From an uncultured Desulfurellales bacterium (GTDB lineage: Bacteria; Campylobacterota_A; Desulfurellia; Desulfurellales; Hippeaceae), in the NCBI GenBank assembly GCA_964522785.1, contig CAZFWO010000001.1, positions 32,850 through 80,558 on the forward strand: 47,709 bases of DNA, written 5' to 3'. Below are positions 1 to 10,286 of this stretch, in pieces. The notes beneath the pieces are model-generated. The model made no database searches, was not told the origin of the DNA, and saw nothing but the letters and a program-made list of their open reading frames with translations. A program made the translations under genes and the position numbers. How positions within the stretch are numbered: the stretch's first letter is position 1; every line of letters begins with the position of its first letter.

Positions 1-2178
1 CAGCTTTCGAAAGCCGTTAGGAAGGTGTTTGTAGAGCTATACAAAGAAAATTTAATATATAAAGATAAATACATAATTAACTGGTGCCCAAGATGCCATA
101 CGGCATTGAGCGATTTAGAGGTTGAACATAGTGATGAAAACGGAAAGCTCTATTCCATAGAATATCCGTTTGAGGATGGAAAAGGCAGTGTGATTGTCGC
201 AACAACAAGACCAGAAACGATGTTTGGTGATACGGCTGTTGCTGTTAATCCAAATGATGAAAGATACAAGGATATAATTGGCAAAAATGTTATACTGCCC
301 ATTAAAAATAAAAAGATACCGGTTATTGCAGATGAATATGTCGATATGGAGTTTGGAACCGGTGTTGTAAAAATTACGCCTGCTCATGACCCCAACGACT
401 TTGAGGTTGGGAAAAGGCACGCTCTTGAAATTATCGTAGCCATAGATGATAACGGCATGATGACAAAAGAAGCGCTGCACTATGAAGGAATTGACAGGTT
501 TGAGTGCCGCTCAAAACTTGTAAATGAGCTTGAATCCAAAGGTTTTATAAAAAATATTGCAGAGTATAAGCACTCAGTCGGACATTGCTATAGGTGCAAA
601 ACAACCATAGAGCCCTACGTTTCAGAGCAGTGGTTTGTAAAGACAAAACAGCTTGCACAAGATGCAATAGAGGCGGTCAAAAAGGGTGATACAAAATTTA
701 TACCCAAAGCCTGGGAAAAGACATACTTTGAATGGATGAACAATATCAGAGATTGGTGCATATCACGTCAGCTTTGGTGGGGGCACAGGATTCCTGTTTA
801 TAAATGCGAAGTGTGCGGAAAATATACTGTAACAGAAGAAGAGCCAACTGTTTGTGAGCACTGTGGAAGCAATAAATTAAAACAAGAAGAAGATGTTTTG
901 GATACGTGGTTTTCATCAGCCCTATGGCCTATGTCAACACTTGGCTGGCCTGAGAAAACAAAGGATTTAGAGAGATTTTATCCGACAAGTCTGCTTGTTA
1001 CAGGTTTTGATATCATATTTTTCTGGGTTGCAAGGATGATGATGATGGGTATCCATTTTATGAAGAATGTACCGTTTAGGGATGTCTATATCCATGCGCT
1101 TGTAAGAGACCAGAATGGACAAAAGATGAGTAAGACAAAGGGCAATGTTATGGACCCTATGGATGTCATCGATAAGTACGGTGCAGATTCAATGAGATTT
1201 ACACTTGCTATATTGGCAGCTCAAGGCAGGGATATAAAACTCTCGGAGGATAGAATTGAAGGTTACAAGAAATTTATGAACAAAATTTGGAATGCCTACA
1301 GGTTTATCGAAATGAACACAAAGGATTTAGATATAAAAGAAAAGCCAAAAAAGCTATCTGCTGCATCTATATGGATAAAATCACGCCTTGCAAAAACCAT
1401 AAGAGATGTTGAAATGGCGCTTGATGAATATAAATACAACGAAGCTGCAAATGCGGTGTATCAGTTTATATGGCATGAATTCTGCGATTACTACATAGAG
1501 ATGAGTAAGGTACATATGGATGATGAATATTCATATACAGTAAAATATACGCTGCTTGATGTTTTTGAGACAACAATGAGGCTTTTACACCCATTTACGC
1601 CGTTTATTACAGAAGAGCTGTGGAATAAACTGCCCAACAAAAAGGGTAATTCCATAATGATAGCGTCATATCCTGAATTTAAAACACAAGATGTATCAGA
1701 GGACATTGAATCCTCCATGGACATGATTATAGATATAATAAAATCCATAAGAAACCTAAGAAGTGAAAACAATATAGCGCCATCCAAGAAAATCAAGGTA
1801 TATATAAGCATAATGGATGAAAAACAACAGGCAATTGTTGTTTCTTTTAAAAATTATATCTATGCTTTGGCTGGTGTGAATAGCTTAATTATTAAAGACA
1901 AAGTTGATGAGCAGTGTCTCATTCAATCAACTATTTATGGCGATATATATTTGCCGGTTGAGGGCAATATTGATGTTAAAAAAGAGATTGAAAGACTAAG
2001 CAAATTGTTAAAAAAACAGGAAAAATCCCTGTCATTCCTAAATAATAAGATGAATAATCAGGCATTTATAGATAGGGCACCAAAAGAATTGATAAAAGAA
2101 AAGAAAAAGGAATTAGAGGAGATTATAGAAATCTATAATAAAACCAAAGAAAGAATTAAACAGTTAAAAAAGGATTAG
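1..2178 (+). CDS. valS: valyl-tRNA synthetase, 5' end cut by window edge
   Basis: Frame 1 is open from nt 1 (QLSKAVRKVFVELYKE precedes the listed Met at 25). It has a KMSKS loop (GQKMSKTKGNVMDP), TRPETMFGDTAVAVNP and WCISRQLWWGHRIP blocks, and a Lys/Glu-rich C-terminal coiled coil typical of ValRS. Confidence 0.95.
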   Translation, partial: QLSKAVRKVFVELYKENLIYKDKYIINWCPRCHTALSDLEVEHSDENGKLYSIEYPFEDGKGSVIVATTRPETMFGDTAVAVNPNDERYKDIIGKNVILPIKNKKIPVIADEYVDMEFGTGVVKITPAHDPNDFEVGKRHALEIIVAIDDNGMMTKEALHYEGIDRFECRSKLVNELESKGFIKNIAEYKHSVGHCYRCKTTIEPYVSEQWFVKTKQLAQDAIEAVKKGDTKFIPKAWEKTYFEWMNNIRDWCISRQLWWGHRIPVYKCEVCGKYTVTEEEPTVCEHCGSNKLKQEEDVLDTWFSSALWPMSTLGWPEKTKDLERFYPTSLLVTGFDIIFFWVARMMMMGIHFMKNVPFRDVYIHALVRDQNGQKMSKTKGNVMDPMDVIDKYGADSMRFTLAILAAQGRDIKLSEDRIEGYKKFMNKIWNAYRFIEMNTKDLDIKEKPKKLSAASIWIKSRLAKTIRDVEMALDEYKYNEAANAVYQFIWHEFCDYYIEMSKVHMDDEYSYTVKYTLLDVFETTMRLLHPFTPFITEELWNKLPNKKGNSIMIASYPEFKTQDVSEDIESSMDMIIDIIKSIRNLRSENNIAPSKKIKVYISIMDEKQQAIVVSFKNYIYALAGVNSLIIKDKVDEQCLIQSTIYGDIYLPVEGNIDVKKEIERLSKLLKKQEKSLSFLNNKMNNQAFIDRAPKELIKEKKKELEEIIEIYNKTKERIKQLKKD

Positions 2179-2182
2179 TATT

Positions 2183-4057
2183 ATGAAGAAATTTGTCTTC
2201 AGTATTTTGTTTATATTTATGGCTTCATACTCTTATGCTAATGTATATACAAATATAGCCTCCGACCTGGTAGAAAAATTGCATATTGTGAAAGGAAAAA
2301 TTTCTAATATCCACAACAAAGAGATAGTATTGGACAAAGGTTATGCTGATGGAGTGTATAAAAATTCAATTGTATATATCTATAGAAATGAAGGGAAAAT
2401 CAAATTATTCAACGATAACAAAACTGTAGATCTTAAAAAAGGTATCGCTTATGCATATGCAACGAAAGTATATGAGCATAAGACAAAGGCTATTATAAGT
2501 GCAGGTTTTGAAAAAGAAAGGAATTATCTTGTAGGTTTAGGTATCATACCATGGGGTGAAAAACCATTGATGGAACCTCCAAAGGTAGGCTATAATTTTG
2601 TATTGGGAAAAAAACAGTATAGAATTGCTCTTATAACAAGAAATCCTATTATATATTCATCTCTAAAAGAAGCTTTGGAAAAAACCGATAGATTTTATGT
2701 TATAGATCCTGATACGCTGAGTATTGCTATAACAAAAAAGCGCATCAATTCTTTCAGCGAAAAGGATTCTATCAAAGAACTTTCAGAGGCTGTCAATGCG
2801 GATCTTGCCATGGTTGTTTCGGTGGTCAAACATAAAATTATGAAATGTAAAGTCTATAACGGCTATGCGGGCAATGTTATACTATCATTGCAGAGTAACA
2901 TAGACAAACAATCTGAGACTGTTTTATCAATCAATAAAAATAACACATCTATACCCGCCGGCAATATAGTTGCCTCAAATTTGAGATTGTCTCCCAAGCT
3001 GACATTTTGGGAGAGTTTACTTAATAAAGCAGGTCTTTACAGTCCGTATACTGGCCTGGATATGTCTTCTGCTCAATATAAAATTACTCTATACAAAGAA
3101 ATTGGATATGGTACAACTGCATTTTATCTTGGGCGCATAAACAACAATCAAGAAAAAGCAATATTAGTTGCGAAGGGTTCAAGGGTTTCCATATATGGGT
3201 TTGATTTTGATTCTTTTATAAAAAAAGGTAGTTTTTCTTATGGATATAATATATTCAACATAGACAGTGCTGAAATTGGCGGTAAGACAGTTGTTGTTCT
3301 TTCCAACTTCAACCAATATGGAGGCCTTGATTCGGCTATAGGTTATATAGACAAACATTATAAATTTCATGTTATCAAAGACGGTTTGCCATATCACTTA
3401 AGGTTTTATGATAAGTTCTCAAATCCTAAGATTTTGGCGCAGAGGACATCTGTATCAAAACTCTTTAGGGGCGATATATATGTTATGGATATAAATACGG
3501 GTTCCTTAAATAAACTCAATCTTCCCGTAGCCCCGAAGAGTTTCTATGATTTTGAAAAGATAGACAATGATATAGCCTATATATCTAAAAGCGGACAGCT
3601 ATGCTTGTACAGTATGGATATGAAAAAGATAGTTCAAAGAACAGCCTACGTTTTTGGCGGGGGTGAAAGAGCAATAGAGAGATATCACTACGAACCCAAC
3701 AATGAGCAAACTGTAAAGGAAGTTGAAGAAAAAAATAGTGTTTATGTACCGAAGGGTATAGTGTTTTTTAAGGAAAAAGGAGAGATATATGCCCTTGGAG
3801 CAAGAAATTATATGAGCCGTGTAATAACAATTAACAAACAGCATTATAATGCCTATAGTTTAAAATTACTCAAATACAATATAGGCAAATTTGAATTGGA
3901 ATGGTCATCTGGTGATGTAAAGGGCAGGATTGTAGGTTTTGGTAAATTCGGTGATTATGTCATTTCTGTTATAGGTACACCAGCAGGATTCTTCGACAGG
4001 TTTATAAGAGGCATAATGGAGCTTGACAGATTAAGTGCAGGTCAAATTGAGTATTGA
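2183..4057 (+). CDS. secreted/periplasmic protein of unknown function (624 aa)
   Basis: Long ORF starting 5 nt after the valS stop with a signal-peptide-like N-terminus (MKKFVFSILFIFMASYSYA). I can name no catalytic motif. The N-terminal third looks like a small alpha/beta periplasmic module and the rest is beta-rich. Confidence 0.7.
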   Translation: MKKFVFSILFIFMASYSYANVYTNIASDLVEKLHIVKGKISNIHNKEIVLDKGYADGVYKNSIVYIYRNEGKIKLFNDNKTVDLKKGIAYAYATKVYEHKTKAIISAGFEKERNYLVGLGIIPWGEKPLMEPPKVGYNFVLGKKQYRIALITRNPIIYSSLKEALEKTDRFYVIDPDTLSIAITKKRINSFSEKDSIKELSEAVNADLAMVVSVVKHKIMKCKVYNGYAGNVILSLQSNIDKQSETVLSINKNNTSIPAGNIVASNLRLSPKLTFWESLLNKAGLYSPYTGLDMSSAQYKITLYKEIGYGTTAFYLGRINNNQEKAILVAKGSRVSIYGFDFDSFIKKGSFSYGYNIFNIDSAEIGGKTVVVLSNFNQYGGLDSAIGYIDKHYKFHVIKDGLPYHLRFYDKFSNPKILAQRTSVSKLFRGDIYVMDINTGSLNKLNLPVAPKSFYDFEKIDNDIAYISKSGQLCLYSMDMKKIVQRTAYVFGGGERAIERYHYEPNNEQTVKEVEEKNSVYVPKGIVFFKEKGEIYALGARNYMSRVITINKQHYNAYSLKLLKYNIGKFELEWSSGDVKGRIVGFGKFGDYVISVIGTPAGFFDRFIRGIMELDRLSAGQIEY

Positions 4058-5133
4058 AACCAATAGTAATACTTTATTATCATAGGATATTGCCATTTAA
4101 AGGATACGATATAGACATATCAACTTTTGAATGGCAACTATCCTATGTATCAAAAAGATTTGATATAGTAGGCGCTGAGGAATTAAAAATTGTTTTGGAT
4201 GGGAAAAAGTTAAAACGACCATCTGTTATTTTGACTTTTGACGATGGTTTTGCAGATAATTTTGTTTATGCGTATCCTATTCTAAAAAAATACAACGCAA
4301 AAGCCGTCATATTCCCTGCAACATCCAAAATACAAAATAGTGAAAATGTAAGATATACGCTTGAGGATTATTGGAACAAAAGGGTTGAATATAAAAATCT
4401 TTTTGTGCCAAATAAAAAAGAGACAGCTCTTTATGACTCTTTAAACGGCGATTATAGAGAATTTTTAAGCTGGCAAGAGTTAAATATTATGAAAAAAAGC
4501 GGAATATTTGAAATAGGCTCACACGGACATCTCCATTCAAAGATTTTTTCATCTGATAATGTGTACGATTTTTATCACAGGGATGCCAATATACACTGGA
4601 GTTTTTTGTATGCAAATAGCAATAATTTAAGTGTTGGGAATCCTGTTTTTGAGATGAAAAGCTCTCTTGCTTCAAAGAGATTTATTCCAAATAACGATTT
4701 TAAAAAGTATGTTAAGGGTATATTTAATGAAAATTACAATAAAACTCAAAATTACAATAAAACAAAAACAGAGGTCTTAAATAAAATAAAGGAATATAAA
4801 AACAAGGGAGTATTTGAAGATAGTAATGCTTTTAAAAGTAGAATATTTGATGAGTTGAATTTATCAAAGAAGTTAATCAAAGAACATTTAGATATAGATA
4901 CCGATTTATTATCGTGGCCGTGGGGTGAATATAGCAAAGAAAGTATTGATGCTGCAAAAAAGGCAGGTTTTAAATACTGTTTCTCTACTAAAAAGGATTT
5001 TGTATGCAGAAAGACAAATAGGTGTGAAATTGGAAGAATACACGCATCTGACAATGTAAAGAGGTTTAAAAAACGGGCTTTTATATATTCTCATTCTACT
5101 TTATCAAGAATATACAACAGGTTTCATATATGA
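4054..5133 (+). CDS. polysaccharide deacetylase (NodB-homology domain)
   Basis: TTG start overlapping the upstream TGA. NodB-type blocks are SVILTFDDGFADNF..YPILKKYNAKAVIFP and SHGHLH. Confidence 0.8.
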   Translation: MKPIVILYYHRILPFKGYDIDISTFEWQLSYVSKRFDIVGAEELKIVLDGKKLKRPSVILTFDDGFADNFVYAYPILKKYNAKAVIFPATSKIQNSENVRYTLEDYWNKRVEYKNLFVPNKKETALYDSLNGDYREFLSWQELNIMKKSGIFEIGSHGHLHSKIFSSDNVYDFYHRDANIHWSFLYANSNNLSVGNPVFEMKSSLASKRFIPNNDFKKYVKGIFNENYNKTQNYNKTKTEVLNKIKEYKNKGVFEDSNAFKSRIFDELNLSKKLIKEHLDIDTDLLSWPWGEYSKESIDAAKKAGFKYCFSTKKDFVCRKTNRCEIGRIHASDNVKRFKKRAFIYSHSTLSRIYNRFHI

Positions 5134-6248
5134 AGAAATTGGCTTTGGTGCTTGATGCTTTTGGTTTTTTTGGTGGACCGGAGAGAAGAGCATTTAGAAT
5201 TATCAAAGGCTTAAAATATTATAAAGGATATTGTCCCACAATAATTTCAATAATGAAACTGGATGATTCAATTGTGGAAAATGCAAAAAAAGAGGGTATA
5301 GACGTTATTGGCGTTACTGAAGAGGGTAATACATCTTTAAAATCATACAGAATTGATGTATTTTTAAAATTAAGAAAGATTATAAGAAATATTAATCCTG
5401 ATACTATTTTTACATTTGAGTTTCTTGCTGATTATACAGCAAAAATGGCACTTGTTGGAATCAAAATTCCTATTTTTACATTTATAGGAAGCACAACTTG
5501 GAAGTGGGAGAAGAAATTCCACAGAAAAATTTTTATGCAGGCATTTGTTAAAAAAAGCAAAAACTATATAGTCAACTCATTAAACATAAAAAATAACTTG
5601 ATAAGAGTTTTGCCTGAAACTAAAAGTAAAATAGAGCTTCTTTACAATCCCATAGATACGGATTTTTTTAAGCCCATAAGTAAAGATGAAAGGGCGGAAG
5701 TTAGAAAAAAATATAATTTAAACAATGATGATTTTATTGTTGGTTCTGTTGTGAGGTTCTACAACCCGAAAGGTGCCGATACATTAATAGAGGCATTTCA
5801 TAAGGCAAATATTGATGCAAAATTGGTTCTTGTGGGCGACGGTTCTATGAGGCAAAGATTAGAGGATATGGTGATGAATTTTGGTATAGAGGATAAGGTT
5901 GTTTTTCTCGGTGCGCTCGAGGCTGACAAAAATATTTACGGCATGTTTGATATGTGCGTTGTTCCCTCTCAAAAAGGCGGATTTGACAATGTTGTGATAG
6001 AATCGATGGCTTGCGGAATACCGACTATTGCAACAAAAGCAACGGGAATAGGAGAAATAGCCGAAAATGGGAAGGATGTTTTAATAACCGATATATGTTC
6101 TGAGGATATAGGCAAAAATATTAATTTTTTGTTTAGGAACTATGACAAGCTGGGTAGTGAACTGCATTTTAGCGGAAGGAATTTTGTAAAATATAGATTA
6201 GATACGAAAAAAATTGTTGATGAAATTGAAAAATGGATGAATGTATAA
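5130..6248 (+). CDS. glycosyltransferase, GT-B fold (family 4-like)
   Basis: ATGA overlap with the deacetylase gene. The C-terminal block VVPSQKGGFDNVVIESMACGIPTIAT is typical of GT4 enzymes. Confidence 0.85.
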   Translation: MKKLALVLDAFGFFGGPERRAFRIIKGLKYYKGYCPTIISIMKLDDSIVENAKKEGIDVIGVTEEGNTSLKSYRIDVFLKLRKIIRNINPDTIFTFEFLADYTAKMALVGIKIPIFTFIGSTTWKWEKKFHRKIFMQAFVKKSKNYIVNSLNIKNNLIRVLPETKSKIELLYNPIDTDFFKPISKDERAEVRKKYNLNNDDFIVGSVVRFYNPKGADTLIEAFHKANIDAKLVLVGDGSMRQRLEDMVMNFGIEDKVVFLGALEADKNIYGMFDMCVVPSQKGGFDNVVIESMACGIPTIATKATGIGEIAENGKDVLITDICSEDIGKNINFLFRNYDKLGSELHFSGRNFVKYRLDTKKIVDEIEKWMNV

Positions 6249-7189
6249 GCGTAATAATACCCACTCACAATAGTAAGGATCTGCTTAAGCAGGCTATAGA
6301 GAGCGCTTTAGCCCAAACCTATAAAAATATTGAAATTATTGTTTCTGATGATGACTCAAGTGATGGAACAGAAGATATGATAGAAAATAACTTTAAAGAT
6401 TGTAAGAAAATTGTTTACATAAGACACGGTCATGTTGGTGAATATGGTTCAAGAAATATTGCTATACTTAGATCTAAATGTCCGTTTTTGGCTTTTTTGG
6501 ATGATGATGATTGGTGGGATGAGGATTTTTTAGAGAGATGTATGGACTATTTAGATAATAATATGGACGCTATTGGTGTTTTTACAAATTATTTTAATGT
6601 TTTTCCTGACGGAAGTACAAAAATAGGTTATAAAATAGGGAAAATTCCCAATAAAATTGATTTAAATTGGATTGCGCGCGGTAGTTTTATAGATCCAAGC
6701 ACCATGCTGATTAAAAAAGATAGTGTTGTTAAAGTAGATATGTTCGATGAAGGGATGATAGTTACCGAGGGTTGGGATCTATGGCCTAGGGTCTTAAGAT
6801 TTGGCTATTTTGTATATATTGATCAGCCATTAGTCTATAAAAGAATAAGACCTTCAGCGGATCTGCCTTTAAAGACATGGAAGTTTAATTGCATAGCAAT
6901 AGATAAGTTTCGTTCAATAATAACTGAAGAGGAAAAAAGAAAACTTGGCTCTGTTTTAACGAATACAAGATCAAGGGTTTATGCACGCTATGCTATGGGG
7001 TTATTGCATCAAGGTGATAGGAAAAATGCCGGTTATTTTTTTAGATTATCATTTTCTCTTAAACCATCTTTAAAGATGTGGTTTAGGTATTATTTGACTT
7101 ATTTACCATCGAATATTGCAAAATTACTTGATGGAAGCTATTTTAGAGTGTACAAAGAGAAAAAGAAAATTAAAAAGTATGAGAAATAA
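6233..7189 (+). CDS. glycosyltransferase family 2
   Basis: ISVIIPTHNS, SDDDSSDGT and FLDDDDWW (DxD) motifs. It overlaps the preceding GT gene by 16 nt. Confidence 0.85.
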   Translation: MDECISVIIPTHNSKDLLKQAIESALAQTYKNIEIIVSDDDSSDGTEDMIENNFKDCKKIVYIRHGHVGEYGSRNIAILRSKCPFLAFLDDDDWWDEDFLERCMDYLDNNMDAIGVFTNYFNVFPDGSTKIGYKIGKIPNKIDLNWIARGSFIDPSTMLIKKDSVVKVDMFDEGMIVTEGWDLWPRVLRFGYFVYIDQPLVYKRIRPSADLPLKTWKFNCIAIDKFRSIITEEEKRKLGSVLTNTRSRVYARYAMGLLHQGDRKNAGYFFRLSFSLKPSLKMWFRYYLTYLPSNIAKLLDGSYFRVYKEKKKIKKYEK

Positions 7190-7210
7190 AATATAGGAGG
7201 GAGGAAAGAT

Positions 7211-7756
7211 ATGAAAATTTTAAAAGAATTAACTGTTAATGGTAAAATCATTAAAGTCATTCACGGCGATATAACAGAAGAAAGTACTGATGCCATTGTC
7301 AATGCAGCAAACTCTCACTTAAAGCATGGCGGAGGAGTGGCGGGCGCAATTGTAAGAAAAGGGGGCTACATAATTCAAGAGGAGAGCGACAAAATTGGTT
7401 ATGTTCCAACCGGCTCTGCTGCAATAACGACAGGTGGAAATCTAAAGGCTAAGTATGTAATACATGCAGTAGGTCCTGTGTGGGGTGAGGGTGATGAGGA
7501 CAATAAATTAGAGAGTGCAGTTAAGAGTGCTCTTGAGATCGCTGAAAAAAATAAATTGGCTTCTGTTGCTCTGCCTGCTATAAGTTCTGGTATCTTTGGT
7601 TTTCCAAAAGAAAGAGCTGTGCATATTATTTTTACAACCACTGTTGAGTTTTTAAAAAATGCCAAAAGTGTAAAAGAGGTTCATTTTTGCAATGTAGACA
7701 AATTTACTTCAGAGCTGTTTGTGAATGAACTCTCACAAGATAGGAGAAAGAAATAG
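7211..7756 (+). CDS. macrodomain protein (ADP-ribose binding/hydrolase, Af1521/YmdB type)
   Basis: [37 protein letters not shown] and [13 protein letters not shown] blocks. A strong RBS AGGAGGGAGGA lies at 7196-7206. Confidence 0.85.
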   Translation: MKILKELTVNGKIIKVIHGDITEESTDAIVNAANSHLKHGGGVAGAIVRKGGYIIQEESDKIGYVPTGSAAITTGGNLKAKYVIHAVGPVWGEGDEDNKLESAVKSALEIAEKNKLASVALPAISSGIFGFPKERAVHIIFTTTVEFLKNAKSVKEVHFCNVDKFTSELFVNELSQDRRKK

Positions 7757-8625
7757 GGGAATTTGCACAATATCTTATAAACGGTATTATATCAGGCTCA
7801 ATATACGCCCTTGTTGCTATAGGATTTAATATAATATATTCCACAACAAAAATAGTAAACTTTGCTCAAGGTGAATTTTTGATGCTTGGCGGTATTATTG
7901 AGTTTTTGCTTCTAAAATACTCATTGCCTATAGGTTTATCGCTATTAATAAGTGCCGTGTCTGTTTCTCTAATAGCTATAGTAATATACAGTCTATTTAT
8001 ATCGAAAACAAAAAATGCAAACGATTTGTCCCTAATAATAATGACAATAGGCATATCGATAGCACTAAGAGGTATAATAGGTATAGCTGTGGATAAAAAT
8101 GCCCATCCTGTCAATACATTCCTTTCATTTTCGTCAATGAAATTCTTTAGTCTTACATTTTCTTCTCAATATTTGATAGTGATTGCAACAACATTGATTT
8201 TGGCTATTTTACTCTATTTTTATCTAAAAAAAACACTTTCGGGTAAAATAATGCAGGCTGTTTCAATGAACTCTCTTGCCGCAAGTCTTTTTGGCATAGA
8301 TATAGATATAGTAAAAATGGGCTCATTTGCCATAAGTGGATTTATAGGTAGCCTTGCTGGTGCAATAATAGCACCTATAAGTTTTGTTCAGTATGACATG
8401 GGTGTAATGTTTGGACTTAAAGGTTTTGCCGCGTGTGTTGTCGGAGGTTTCGGCAACAACAATGGGGCAATTATTGGTGGAGTAGTAATAGGCTTGGTGG
8501 AATCGCTGTCGGCAGGATATATATCTTCGTCGTACAAGGATTTGATGGCGTTTTTGATAATGATTCTTGTGTTGTTTGTAAAGCCTTCGGGATTATTTTC
8601 TTCAAAAGATGTAGAAAGAATATGA
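7753..8625 (+). CDS. livH: branched-chain amino acid ABC transporter permease (LivH type); start codon unresolved
   Basis: LivH-like sequence ([40 protein letters not shown]) is in frame from 7756, upstream of the first canonical start (TTG 7879 / ATG 7882). The frame is closed by TAG at 7741-7743. The C-terminal block is [34 protein letters not shown] at 7753 is the only start-like codon. Confidence 0.8.
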   Translation: MGEFAQYLINGIISGSIYALVAIGFNIIYSTTKIVNFAQGEFLMLGGIIEFLLLKYSLPIGLSLLISAVSVSLIAIVIYSLFISKTKNANDLSLIIMTIGISIALRGIIGIAVDKNAHPVNTFLSFSSMKFFSLTFSSQYLIVIATTLILAILLYFYLKKTLSGKIMQAVSMNSLAASLFGIDIDIVKMGSFAISGFIGSLAGAIIAPISFVQYDMGVMFGLKGFAACVVGGFGNNNGAIIGGVVIGLVESLSAGYISSSYKDLMAFLIMILVLFVKPSGLFSSKDVERI

Positions 8626-9539
8626 AACAAAAAACTTTTCTCCTAATTTTGTTTGTTATAACCATGTTACTCGGCCTTTTGATTAAAAACCCTTTTATTC
8701 TAAATATGCTTTCATTGGCAGCATTATCCGTAATAGTGGTAACAGGACTTAATCTTTTACTCGGTTTTGCCGGTCAGATATCGCTGGGCCATGCCGGCTT
8801 TGTTGCTTGTGGTGCCTATATTTCATCAATTTTGACGGTAAAGTTTAATATTAATCCGTGGGCTGCTATACTTTTAGCGACCTTTATTTCATCTGCAATA
8901 GGTGCTGTTGTAGGGTATCCGACATTAAAGTTAAAAAGCCACTATCTTGCAATGGCAACACTTGCAATAGGTGAAATAATTCATGTAATAATAAACAACT
9001 ATGTGGAATTTACAGGTGGTCCGCAGGGCTTTTCAGGAATGCCTATGCTCTCAATTTTCGGTTTTTCTCTCGATAACGATGTAAAATTCTACTTTTTTAT
9101 ATGGTCGATTACATTTGTTTTAATACTGTTGTCTATAAATTTTATGAATTCCAAATTTGGAAGAGCCTATAAAACGATAAAATCTAGGGAAAATGCGGCA
9201 TACGCTTTTGGTATAAACGTACACTTGTATAAGGTGTTTATATTTACTGTAAGTGTGTTCTACGCTTCGCTGTCAGGTGCTTTATATGCATTTTATATAG
9301 GATTTATTTCGCCTTCGTCTTTTGGATTGACGCAATCCATAGAATATGTTGTTATAGTTGTTATAGGTGGCATGGGTAATTTCTTCGGCGTATTGTTTAC
9401 GGCTGTAATTTTGACCATACTTCCTAATGTTTTAACGTCGTTTGAAGATTATTGGCCTATAGCAAACGGATTCTTGCTCATATTTGCCATGATGTTTATT
9501 CCTAACGGGTTGAAAGGGTTGTTTAAATGGATAAAATAA
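8622..9539 (+). CDS. livM: branched-chain amino acid ABC transporter permease (LivM type)
   Basis: ATG 8622 overlaps the livH TGA (ATGA). The block LLLGFAGQISLGHAGFVACGAY is present and the protein is hydrophobic throughout. The longer listed ORF from 8433 lies inside livH in another frame. Confidence 0.85.
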   Translation: MKQKTFLLILFVITMLLGLLIKNPFILNMLSLAALSVIVVTGLNLLLGFAGQISLGHAGFVACGAYISSILTVKFNINPWAAILLATFISSAIGAVVGYPTLKLKSHYLAMATLAIGEIIHVIINNYVEFTGGPQGFSGMPMLSIFGFSLDNDVKFYFFIWSITFVLILLSINFMNSKFGRAYKTIKSRENAAYAFGINVHLYKVFIFTVSVFYASLSGALYAFYIGFISPSSFGLTQSIEYVVIVVIGGMGNFFGVLFTAVILTILPNVLTSFEDYWPIANGFLLIFAMMFIPNGLKGLFKWIK

Positions 9540-10285
9540 TGTCTATAGAACATGTTGTAAAGAGCTTTGGCGGTATAAAAGCTGTGGATAATGTTTCATT
9601 TTTTGTAAGAAAAGGTGAAATCAAAGCACTTATAGGTCCGAATGGTGCGGGTAAAACCACGCTTTTTAATATTATTACAAAGTTGTATTCGAAGGACAGT
9701 GGCAAAATATCTTTTTTATCAAGCGATATGGACAAGTATAAATCTTACGAACTTGTAAATTACGGTATATCCAGAACATTTCAGAATATACAGCTCGTAG
9801 ACGATATGACCATATTAGAGAACGTTATGCTGGGCTACCATTCAAAAATAAAAACAAATATTATTGATGCATTTCTTTCATCAACAAAAAACAGAAATCA
9901 TGAAAAAGAAGCCGGAGAAAAGTCTGTTGATGTTCTAAAATTTTTAAAGATAGACGGTATAATGCACAAATATCCTGCAGAGATACCGTTTGGGCACAGG
10001 AGGCTTGTAGAGATTGCAAGAGCGTTATGTGCAGAGCCTATCATGCTGCTTTTGGATGAGCCTGCTGCCGGCCTTAACGAATCAGAAACAAAAAGGCTGT
10101 TAAAGACAATATTCAGAATATGGGAACAGGGTGTTACTGTGTTAATGATAGAGCACGATATGAATCTTGTAATGAATTGCTCACACTCCGTTGTGGTAAT
10201 GGACGAGGGGAAAAAAATAGCAGAGGGTCCTCCGAGCTATATACAGAGCAACGAGAAAGTTTTAAAAGCCTACTTTGGGAAGTAA
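9527..10285 (+). CDS. livG: branched-chain amino acid ABC transporter ATP-binding protein (LivG type)
   Basis: Walker A IGPNGAGKTTLFN, Walker B LLLDEPAAGLN, and a length and C-terminus typical of LivG. Confidence 0.9.
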   Translation: MDKIMSIEHVVKSFGGIKAVDNVSFFVRKGEIKALIGPNGAGKTTLFNIITKLYSKDSGKISFLSSDMDKYKSYELVNYGISRTFQNIQLVDDMTILENVMLGYHSKIKTNIIDAFLSSTKNRNHEKEAGEKSVDVLKFLKIDGIMHKYPAEIPFGHRRLVEIARALCAEPIMLLLDEPAAGLNESETKRLLKTIFRIWEQGVTVLMIEHDMNLVMNCSHSVVVMDEGKKIAEGPPSYIQSNEKVLKAYFGK

Positions 10286-10286
10286 A

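Noticed and set aside
7211-7756. Macrodomain protein as a DarG-type antitoxin or anti-defence factor
   Set aside because: There is no DarT-like or other toxin/ADP-ribosyltransferase partner. It is a stand-alone YmdB/Af1521-type macrodomain between housekeeping genes.
8433-8621. Longer livM start at 8433 from the ORF track
   Set aside because: The extension lies inside livH in another frame and encodes non-membrane-like sequence. ATG 8622 gives the usual ATGA coupling and a LivM-length protein.
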